Part shown: positions 55,442-64,000 of the stretch, in pieces
Layout: every line of letters begins with the position of its first letter
Position numbering within the stretch: position 1 is the first letter of the stretch
Assembly (NCBI GenBank): GCA_963773065.1
Contig: CAVYZN010000006.1
Location: 128,001 to 192,000, forward strand
From: an uncultured Gammaproteobacteria bacterium
GTDB taxonomy: Bacteria > Pseudomonadota > Gammaproteobacteria > UBA9214
DNA length: 64,000 nt
Direction: 5' to 3'
Notes under the pieces: model-generated
Databases searched by the model: none
Told to the model about the DNA's origin: nothing
What the model saw: the letters and a program-made list of their open reading frames with translations, nothing else
Made by a program: the position numbers and the translations under genes

Positions 55442-57066
55442 CCTAAGCCGGCATAGCCGGAACCAAACAGGAAGAGGTATTGTACGCACGGGCTAAGCGG
55501 TGGTGGCGACGATGACACAGGCGTTGGTGGAACGGTACGCAGATCGGTTGCATGGGGTGCTCTCCTGTTACGACCGCATCGTGATGACGGGCACGTTGCC
55601 GGGGGCCTGCTATGCGCAGGGCATGACGGCGTTTTTGTACGCGAGGGGCATTCGGATTTTCGACTATCCCCGGTTTGCCGAGCCCTTGCGCGAGGCGCTC
55701 CGCGAGCGCGCGCAGGAGCTGGCGCAGTCGGCGGGGATCGAGATCGAGCATATCGCCAAAGCCCACATCCGCAAGGAAGATGTGGTCGCCAAGGTGCTTG
55801 AGCGGCGCGGCGATCATCCGGGTCTGGTGCACATCATTTCGGCGATGGAAGCCTGTCAAAGCTACAAGCCCTGGCATGACAAGGCGAGCGGCAAGACCTA
55901 CCTCAAGCCCGATACGGGCAAATGCCTGCACTACTATTTTTACTTCATCGACCCGCTCGTCGGCCTGTGTTACCTGCGGGTGCCGACTTGGTGCCCGTTC
56001 AAATTGCAGTTCTATTGCAACGGCCATGGTTGGCTGGCGCAGAAGCTTAAAACCCGGCGCATCGGCTTTACCCAGGTGGACAATGCCTTTGTGCGCCTGG
56101 ATGACTTCGCGCGCGCGCAACAGTTGGCCGATGCGCTTCAAGCCCGAGCAACTGCACCGCATCCTGGATCGTTACGCGCGCCAGTGCTGCCCGGTGCACG
56201 AGAGCTTCGGGCAAGGCTATCACTGGAGCCTGCTGCAGGTGGAGTACGCTACCGATCTGGTGTTCCGCTCCCAAGAGATGCTGGCGCCCCTGTATGAACA
56301 GCTCTCCCGCCAGGCGGTGCTGGGGGTGAAGGCCGAACAGATTGCCACCTTTCTCGGCAAGAAGATCACCCCGCCGCTGGCGCAGGAGATCGGCAACCGC
56401 TTTGCCACCCGCATCGAAGGGACCTGCATCAAACATCGCCTGGGCAAGGTTCAGGTGAAGATGTACGACAAATACGCCCGTGTGCTGCGCATCGAAACCA
56501 CCGTCAACGACGTCTCCTTCTTCAAGCACCACCGCAAGGTGGAACATCGAGATAGACCCAGCACGCGGCAACTGGCGCCGCTGAAGAAATCCATCTACAG
56601 CCTGATCGATCTGCGCCAGATCCTCCTGGGATGCAATCGCCGCTACCTGGAGTATCTGTCCGCGCTGGACGATCACAGCGCCGGACAGCGCGCGCTCTCG
56701 CGCCTGACCGACGAGCGGTGCGAGAGCGACCGGCCGATCAAGGGCCTGAACTTCTTCAAGCGCACCGAGCAGCAACTGCTGCGGGCACTGCAACGTCCGC
56801 AGTTCAATATCCACGGTCTGCGGCGCGCCGATCTGATGGCTTTGCTGCCCCACGCCTCGGCGGCTGCGCTCTCGCGAGAGCTGAAACGGCTGCTTGCCCT
56901 CGGCGTGATCAAACGGGTCACCGGAACTTATCGTTACTACCTCACGCGCTTGGGGCGCGCCGCCATCGCCGCCGCCTGCTCGCTCACGGAATTCAGTATC
57001 GTTCCCGCTTTGGCCACTGCAAAGCAACAAACTCTTCGCCATTTCTGTCAACAGTAAAGTCATAAG
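55442..57066 (+). mobile_element. Putative IS-like element carrying one ORF
   Basis: Single ~515-aa ORF opposite to both neighbours. Left end CCTAAG plus hairpin CCGGC-ATA-GCCGG; right end CATAAG; no terminal inverted repeats seen. Confidence 0.6.
55512..57057 (+). CDS. Putative transposase with Rep_trans-like core and C-terminal winged helix (frameshift near 56138)
   Basis: DRIVMTGTLP, HYYFYFID...YCNGHGWL, QVEYATD, KMYDK, LRIETT; LSRELKRLLALGVIKRVTGTYRYYLT winged helix. Confidence 0.65.
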
Positions 57067-57094
57067 AGACTATGGTACCCACAAAGAAATAAAC

Positions 57095-57177
57095 TCACCG
57101 CAGAGACGCAAAGAACACAAAGTGTTTAATTGTTTTCGCTAAAGAATTTCTCTGCGTCCTTTGCGTCTCTGTGGTGA
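57095..57177. repeat. Palindromic element of the CACCGCAGAGACGCAAAG type
   Basis: tcaccgcagagacgcaaagaacacaaag pairs with ctctgcgtcctttgcgtctctgtggtga; half-copies near 28243 and 60618. Confidence 0.75.
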
Positions 57178-57221
57178 AATCGGTGTTTATGGATGAACAC
57201 CAACTATAAGAATTACGCTCG

Positions 57222-57824
57222 CTAGCGCGGACTCGGGCTCAGGCGCTCGTGCAGCGGGCTGGTGCGCGGAAAATGAGCGCGCAGGAATTCCATCTGGTCG
57301 GCCAGCACGCGCCGCCCCTGCAGATAGATGTACTCCGCATGGGTCGGGGTGAACGGTACGGCCAGCAACTGCAGCGCCGCCTGTTCCGGCGTGCGGCCGG
57401 CCTTGTGGTTGTTGCAGCGCCGGCAGGCCGTAACGACGTTGTTCCAGGTATCCATGCCGCCCTGGGTGATCGGTGTGACATGGTCGCGTGACAGGTCCTT
57501 CGCCCGGAAGGTCTCGCCGCAATACAGGCACAGGTGGGAATCGCGCCGGAACAGCGCCGGGTTGTTGAGCGGCGGGACGTAGCAGTCGCGCAGCCGGCTC
57601 ACGGCGTGGTTCCTGCCATAGGTCGCGATGATGGAATTAACTTCGATGATGCTGCGCCGGCCGGTGCGGGCGTTGACCCCGCCATGGACGCGGTACAAGA
57701 GCGTACCGCAGGTATAGGCCACCTGCTCCAGGTGATACAAGCGCACAGCGTCCTGGTAGCCGACCCATTCCAGCGGCATACCCGAGACATCCGTTCGCAA
57801 GACTTGATGATTCAACTCAACCAT
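57222..57824 (-). CDS. HNH endonuclease (McrA-like)
   Basis: RRDSHLCLYCG...RDHVTP...GG.DTWNNVVTACRRCNNHK. Confidence 0.92.
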   Translation of the reverse strand: MVELNHQVLRTDVSGMPLEWVGYQDAVRLYHLEQVAYTCGTLLYRVHGGVNARTGRRSIIEVNSIIATYGRNHAVSRLRDCYVPPLNNPALFRRDSHLCLYCGETFRAKDLSRDHVTPITQGGMDTWNNVVTACRRCNNHKAGRTPEQAALQLLAVPFTPTHAEYIYLQGRRVLADQMEFLRAHFPRTSPLHERLSPSPR

Positions 57825-58080
57825 TGCCACACCCGTGGTGCCATGCCGCGCCGTTGCTGCCTGTTTTACGCAGCAGGCCGGCTGCGTCATTTATTTAACA
57901 GAATTGCCGGGAAAAGGCTACCATGAAACGATGACACCCGGTTGAAAAGGCCTCATCCCGCCCCGGACTCGTGAACCGGCACACCGCCGCGCCGGCCCTC
58001 GGCTAGGCAGGCAACACCAATATAAAGTAATATGCCCGCTCAACAATAATCCTGAATCCTGCCGGGAGCCCTGCCTGCCG

Positions 58081-60006
58081 ATGGACGACAAACTGACTTT
58101 CCGCCGCTACCAGGACGGTGAGCACAAGCACCAGCACTGGGTTGAAGAGATCTTCAATGAAGACCGGACCTACAAATGCCCGACCTATGTGCACCGCACG
58201 CCGCCCTGCCAGGGTAGTTGCCCCTCAGGCGAGGATATCCGCGGCTGGCTGCAGATCGTGCGCGGCATCGAGAAACCGCCCGCCGGCGTGAGCTGGCAGG
58301 AATACGCCTTCCGCCGCTCCACCGACGCCAATCCCTTCCCCGCCATCATGGGCCGGGTTTGTCCGGCCCCCTGCCAGGAAGGCTGCAATCGCAACGAGGT
58401 GGAGGACTTCGTCGGTATCAATGCGGTCGAGCAGTTCATCGGCGACCATGCCCTGGCGCAGGGCTTTGCCTTCCACAAGCCTGAGCGGGAGACCGGCAAG
58501 AAGGTCGCCATCGTCGGCGGCGGCGTGGCCGGCCTGGCCGCGGCCTATCAGCTCCGGCGGCTGGGGCACGGCGTCACGGTGTTCGACGAACGGGCCGAGC
58601 TGGGCGGCATGTCGCGCTACGGCATACCGGGCTATCGCATGCCGCGCGACGTCATGGACGGCGAGATCCGGCGCATCCTCGATCTGGGCGTCGAGGTCCG
58701 GCACAACACGCGGGCCGGCCGGGACATCGGTTTCGAACAACTGGAACGGGATTACGACGCCATCCTGCTGGCGATCGGCGCGCAGCATGGCCGCACGCTG
58801 GACGTACCCGGGGGCGATGCCCCCAACTGCGTGAGCGGCGTCGCCTTCCTCGCCGCCTTCAACGAAGGGCGCATGCAATTCACGGCGGAGAAGGTCGTGG
58901 TGATCGGCGGCGGCGATACCGCGATGGACGTCATCTCGGTGGCGCGCCGGCTGGGGCATATCAAGAACGCCCGCGAAAACGACCGCCCGGAAGCCATCAT
59001 TCGCAACCTGACGGCGCACGACGTCGCCACCGCGGCGCATCGCGAGGGTTCCGAAGTCCTGCTCATCTACCGCCGCCCCATCGCGAACATGCCGGCGGCG
59101 CAGCACGAGGTGGAAACCGCGGAGAAGGAAGGGGTGAAGATCCGCGGCAGTCTGGTGCCGGTCGAACTGATCCTCGGGGAGGACGGGCGCGCCCGGGCCC
59201 TGCGGGTCATCGAGGTCGACTGGACCGATGGCAAAATGACACGGCGGGAGGGTTCGGAATTCGACATCGAATGCGACCTGGTGGTCCCGGCCGTCGGCCA
59301 GTCGGGCGACCTCGAGGGGCTGGAGTCCTTCGACAACGGCCACGGCCTGATCGGCTGCGACACCTATTACCAGGTGCCGGGCAAGCCCGGCTATTTCGCC
59401 TGCGGCGATATCGTCCGCCCGCACCTGCTCACCACGGCCATCGGCCAGGCCGCCATCGCCGCCGACAGCATCGACCGCTACTTGAACCGCCAGGAGATCG
59501 ACCGGCGCCCCAAGGTGGATGTGCATCACTTCAAGCTGCTGGACAAGCTGCGCGAGACCGAACTCGCGCCAGAGGAATACGGCCACGGCCCGGAATGGGG
59601 CACCGATACCGCCGGGTTCGCCGTGCACAACTACGAGGACCGCTCCCAGCAGGAGATCATCTCCCACGAGCTGCTCTACCTCGGGCACTTCCCGTTCTCA
59701 CCGCGACACCTGCGCAGGGAAACCGGCGTCGGCGCCGACGAGGTGCTCGGGCATTTCGAGGAACGCTTCGACGGTCTGGCGGAAGAGGAGGCGCGGGCCG
59801 AGGCCGGGCGCTGCATGAGTTGCGGCATGTGCTTCGAGTGCGACAATTGCGTGATCTACTGTCCGCAGGATGCCGTGAAGCGCACCCCCAAGGACCAGTC
59901 CACCATGGGCCGCTACGTGTACACCGACTACGACCGCTGCATCGGCTGCCACATCTGCGCGGAAGTCTGCCCGACCGGCTACATCAACATGGGGCTGGGC
60001 GCCTGA
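58081..60006 (+). CDS. dsrL: Iron-sulfur flavoprotein DsrL
   Basis: KCPTYVHRTPPCQGSCPSGEDIRGWL, STDANPFP, RPHLLTTAIG, RCMSCGMCFECDNC, CIGCHICAEVCPTGYI. Confidence 0.9.
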   Translation: MDDKLTFRRYQDGEHKHQHWVEEIFNEDRTYKCPTYVHRTPPCQGSCPSGEDIRGWLQIVRGIEKPPAGVSWQEYAFRRSTDANPFPAIMGRVCPAPCQEGCNRNEVEDFVGINAVEQFIGDHALAQGFAFHKPERETGKKVAIVGGGVAGLAAAYQLRRLGHGVTVFDERAELGGMSRYGIPGYRMPRDVMDGEIRRILDLGVEVRHNTRAGRDIGFEQLERDYDAILLAIGAQHGRTLDVPGGDAPNCVSGVAFLAAFNEGRMQFTAEKVVVIGGGDTAMDVISVARRLGHIKNARENDRPEAIIRNLTAHDVATAAHREGSEVLLIYRRPIANMPAAQHEVETAEKEGVKIRGSLVPVELILGEDGRARALRVIEVDWTDGKMTRREGSEFDIECDLVVPAVGQSGDLEGLESFDNGHGLIGCDTYYQVPGKPGYFACGDIVRPHLLTTAIGQAAIAADSIDRYLNRQEIDRRPKVDVHHFKLLDKLRETELAPEEYGHGPEWGTDTAGFAVHNYEDRSQQEIISHELLYLGHFPFSPRHLRRETGVGADEVLGHFEERFDGLAEEEARAEAGRCMSCGMCFECDNCVIYCPQDAVKRTPKDQSTMGRYVYTDYDRCIGCHICAEVCPTGYINMGLGA

Positions 60007-60156
60007 TCTGTAATAACCCAGACCTGGCAGACAACGACAGAGGTGTGCGAGTGCCGAAGGCGGGAATCGGCCAGGTCCTGTCCTACACGGACGACCAGCG
60101 AAGGGCAACTATGCAGCAATCCTATAAGTAAGCGCCATTCTGGTCTCTCCCCGATT

Positions 60157-60594
60157 TTATTCGGCTCCATAGAGCACGGCGGCGCGGTCGCGAAACCGCG
60201 CGAGTATGTCCTGCGTCAGCAACTGCATGAGTCCGCCCGCCACGGCCTCCAGGAGGCGCGAGCGCATCTCGATCTCGACCGTCAGGGAAGTCTTGCAGCC
60301 GCACCGTTCAGCCGGCGAAAAGCGCCAGTCGATCGCCAGGCGGCGAAACGGCCCCGAAGTGGAGTCGATGTGCAGGCGCGAGGGGCGCTGCAGCACGGCG
60401 TGCGATTCAAACCGGAAGCGCCGCAGGCCGAGGTCGATTTCCTGAAGCACGTGCAGCACATCCTGTTCCCGTGACTGGATAGTCGCGCGCGGCCAATGCG
60501 GCAGGAATTCGGGGTAGCGCTCGATGTCGGCCGCCAGGTCGAACATCTGTTCGGGCGTGTAGGGAAACCAGTGCGCCTCGCTCTGTCGTCTCAT
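60157..60594 (-). CDS. RatA/PasT (Coq10-like START domain) protein
   Basis: PYTPEQMFDLAADIERYPEFLP...GPFRRL...WRF...FRDRA. Confidence 0.88.
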   Translation of the reverse strand: MRRQSEAHWFPYTPEQMFDLAADIERYPEFLPHWPRATIQSREQDVLHVLQEIDLGLRRFRFESHAVLQRPSRLHIDSTSGPFRRLAIDWRFSPAERCGCKTSLTVEIEMRSRLLEAVAGGLMQLLTQDILARFRDRAAVLYGAE

Positions 60595-60897
60595 GGAAAT
60601 GCCTGATGCGATTTTTTACCGCAAAGACGCCAGGAATGCCGGGGAAAACGGAACACCAACACTAAGGTTCCGCTCATTTTCGAAGGTAAACCGGGTGTAT
60701 TGCCTGCGCGGATTCTGTTTAGCTAAGCACATTCTAGCAGTATCCCGTTAACAGCAGGTGTTGCGGGAACGAGCTTGCTTGTGCCCGGCGGCCGTGCCTC
60801 GGCCAATCAATCACTATAATAAGGCAGGGGGACAGACCGCGGTCGCGACCGCGGCTTCCCCGGCACGAAACCGTATTGATCAGGCAGGGGGACTGCG

Positions 60898-63355
60898 ATG
60901 ACCGGCTACCGCTATATTCGCCGCTTCCGCGAACTGGGCATCGACGACGTCCCGCTGGTCGGAGGCAAAAATGCCTCGCTCGGCGAAATGTACCGCAGCC
61001 TGTCGCAGGAAGGCGTGCGGGTGCCCAACGGCTTCGCCACCACGGCCCAGGCGTTTCGCGACTATCTGGCGCATAACGGCCTGCGCCGAGCGTATCCGCT
61101 TGGCGCTGGACAGCCTCGATGCCGGCGATGTCGATGCGCTGGCCGCGACCGGGGCGCGGATCCGCGGCTGGATCATCGACGGCGAGCTGCCCCCGCAACT
61201 GGCCGATGAGATCGGCGCCGCCTACGACGAAATGGCGCGGGAATACGGGCCGGAACCGGATATGGCCGTGCGCAGCTCCGCCACCGCGGAGGATCTCCCC
61301 GACGCCTCGTTCGCCGGGCAGCAGGAAACCTATCTCAACATTCGCGGCATCGAGCACCTGCTGCGCACCTGCAAGCGGGTGCTCGCCTCGCTCTACACCG
61401 GCCGCGCGATCCACTACCGGGTCGACAAGGGCTTCGACCACATGGGCATCGCCCTGTCGATCGGCGTCCAGAAGATGGTGCGCTCCGATCTCGGCGCAGC
61501 CGGCGTCATGTTCACCCTGGACACGGAAAGCGGATTTCGCGACGTGGTGATGATCACCGCCGCTTACGGCCTGGGTGAAAACGTGGTGCAGGGCGCGGTC
61601 AACCCGGATGAGTTCCTGGTGTTCAAGCCGACGCTCGCCACCGGCCACCGCCCGATCATCCGGCGCCACCTCGGTGAGAAGGCCATCAAGATGGTCTACA
61701 CCCGGGACCCGGTGACGGCGGAGGCCACCCGCAACGTGCCGGTCAAGAAGCATGAGCGTCAGCGCTTCTCCATCACGGATGAGGAGGTGCTGCAACTCGC
61801 CCGCTACGCCGTCGCCATCGAACGCCATTACTCGCGCCACGCCGGCCAGCCGCGTCCCATGGACATCGAATGGGCCAGGGACGGCGTCAGCGGCGAACTG
61901 TTCATCGTCCAGGCCCGGCCGGAAACCGTGCATTCCCTGCGCGGCGATGCCTTTCAGGAAATCTTCACCCTGAAAGAGCGCGGCAAGGTGCTCGCCCGCG
62001 GCAGGAGCGTCGGCGCCAAGGTCGGCGCGGGGCGGGCGCGGATCATCCTCGAGGCCGCGCACATGCATGAGCTGCGCCCGGGCGAGGTGCTGGTGACGGA
62101 TATCACCGACCCCGACTGGGAGCCGGTCATGAAAATCGCCAGCGCCATCGTGACCAACCGCGGCGGGCGCGTCTGCCACGCCGCCATCGTGGCGCGTGAA
62201 CTGGGCATACCCGCCGTGGTCGGCGCCGGCAGCGCCACCCACGACATCCACGACGGCGGGGAGATCACGGTGTCCTGCGTCGAAGGCGAGGTCGGCTATG
62301 TCTATGAAGGCAGGCTTGCCTACACCAGCGAACGCATCGATCTCGGCGGGCTGCGCCGCCCGGCAACGAAGCTCATGCTGATCGTCGGCAACCCGGACCA
62401 GGCCCTGGAATTCGCGGCCTACCCCAACGACGGCGTCGGCCTGGCGCGCCTGGAATTCATCATCAGCAACAGCATCGGCATCCATCCGCGCGCCCTGCTC
62501 GACTATGAACGCCTGGCCCCGGAACTCAGGCGGCGGATCGCTCCGCGCATGGCCGGCTACGCCAGCCCCGAGCGCTACTACATCGACCGGCTGGCCGAAG
62601 GCGTCGGGACCATCGCGGCGGCGTTTTACCCCAAACCGGTGATCGCCCGCCTGAGCGACTTCAAGTCCAATGAATACGCGGCGCTGCTGGGCGGTGCGGA
62701 CTTCGAGCCCCGCGAGGAGAACCCCATGATCGGTCTGCGCGGCGCCTCCCGTTACCACTCGAAGGAGTTCGCCGACTGTTTCGCCCTCGAATGCGCCGCG
62801 ATGAAGAAGGTCCGCGAGGAGATGGGCCTGGACAACCTGGAGCTGATGATCCCCTTCGCCCGCACCGTGGAGGAGGTGCGCAAGGTGCTCGATCTGATGG
62901 CCGCTCAGGGCCTGCGACGGGGCGAGAACGGCCTGAAGATCAAGCTGATGTGCGAGATCCCCGCCAACGCGGTGCGCGCGCGGCAGTTTCTCGAACTCTG
63001 CGACGGCTACTCCATCGGCTCCAATGATCTGACCCAGTTGACCCTCGGCGTGGACCGCGATTCCGGACTGCTGACCGGTTTCGACGAGCGCGACGCGGCC
63101 GTCACGGCGCTGATGGAAATGGCGATTCAGGCCTGTCATGCCGCCGGCAAGCACATCGGCATTTGCGGGCAGGCGCCCTCCGATTTTCCCGAAATCACCC
63201 GCTGGCTGGTCTCGCAGGGCATTGACTCCATCTCGCTGAACCCGGACAGTGTTCTTAAAATGACCCAGGTGGTGCTGGACATGGAAGCCGAACAGGGGCG
63301 AAACTTCCTTTCCGGCGACGAACCAAACCGGTATAACAGCGGATCAGTCCAGTGA
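60898..63355 (+). CDS. ppsA: Phosphoenolpyruvate synthase (frameshift near 61088)
   Basis: [52 protein letters not shown]. Confidence 0.95.
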
Positions 63356-63444
63356 TAACAACCGGCCATGCCCCCAAGGCCACGGCGTAACCCGGCAGGC
63401 GCGCCATTAATCACAAACACAACGAAAGAGAGAATTCCCGATGG

Positions 63445-64000
63445 ATGACAGCTAGCTCGAAAAAAAGCCAGGATCCCGGATCAAAATTCAGCGTCGAAAT
63501 CCGACCGGTGCTGCCCAAGCGCTTCGCGCGGCTTGAGGAACTGGCAAACGACCTCTACTTCAGTTGGAACCGCACGGTCCGCGGCCTGTTCTGGCACCTG
63601 GACAAGGACTGCTGGAACGCCTGTTCGCACAACCCCAAGGTGTTCCTGCGCCGGGTTCGCCAGAGCAAGATCGACGCGGCGGCCGAAGACCCGATCCTGC
63701 TGACCGAGTATCGCCACGTTCTCACGGCCTACGATACCTACAAGGAACAGCAACCCATTATCCGCATCGGCAATTACCTGGACCGGGACAAGGATCTGGT
63801 GGCGTACTTCTCGGCGGAATACGGCTTCCACGAGAGCATGCCGATCTACGCCGGCGGGCTCGGCATACTCGCCGCCGACTACTGCAAGGCCATGAGCAAT
63901 CTGTGGGTGCCCTTCGTGGGCATCGGGATCCTCTACCGCCAGGGCTATTTCACCCAGCGCATCGATTGCGAAGGCGCGCAGATAGCCAACTTCCCGTACA
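63445..64000 (+). CDS. glgP: Alpha-glucan phosphorylase, truncated by the window edge
   Basis: Manual translation: LEELANDLYFSW...HNPKVFL...VAYFSAEYGFHESMPIYAGGLGILAAD...YRQGYFTQ. Confidence 0.9.
   Translation, partial: MTASSKKSQDPGSKFSVEIRPVLPKRFARLEELANDLYFSWNRTVRGLFWHLDKDCWNACSHNPKVFLRRVRQSKIDAAAEDPILLTEYRHVLTAYDTYKEQQPIIRIGNYLDRDKDLVAYFSAEYGFHESMPIYAGGLGILAADYCKAMSNLWVPFVGIGILYRQGYFTQRIDCEGAQIANFPY

Noticed and set aside
57222-57824. HNH nuclease as part of the R-M island or an RNA-guided (IscB-like) system
   Set aside because: Short McrA-like HNH with no RuvC motifs or evident ncRNA; it has host-like composition.
60734-63154. 806-aa ORF on - strand
   Set aside because: Antisense shadow of ppsA.
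2726-63355. Many split genes read as pseudogenes or programmed frameshifts
   Set aside because: Single-base shifts hit unrelated housekeeping genes (tamAB, gltB, mrcA, pilN, ppsA, fieF) with both halves otherwise intact, so sequencing indels are the simplest explanation.

Overview
GC-rich gammaproteobacterial chromosomal window, probably from a sulfur oxidizer (it carries dsrL). Many otherwise intact genes are split by single-base frameshifts (tamAB, mscS/K, fieF, cbpM, gltB, pilN, mrcA, res, ppsA), which points to an indel-prone long-read assembly. Core blocks are tamAB, mscS/K-corA, rimB-like/rimK, fieF, trxC-cbpM-cbpA, a QEGLA peptidase, hemH, hemE, gltBD, dgt-aroBK-pilMNOPQ/mrcA, mdh, rpmE, dsrL, ratA, ppsA and glgP. 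There are three accessory zones. (i) 1-2.6 kb: low-GC genes with an integron attC-like site. (ii) 18.8-21.5 kb: a PAS protein and a repeat-bearing histidine kinase, bracketed by IS relics and an IS91/ISCR remnant riddled with ~50-bp mini-insertions. (iii) 48.2-57.2 kb: a type III restriction-modification operon with a nested PIN toxin-antitoxin pair, a scrambled target-recognition domain and an in-frame REP doublet, plus a ~1.6-kb IS-like element whose single protein shows Rep_trans-like (rolling-circle initiator) motifs and a winged helix rather than DDE/HUH motifs. No rRNA, tRNA or CRISPR array was seen. All family assignments come from motif recognition by eye, not database searches.
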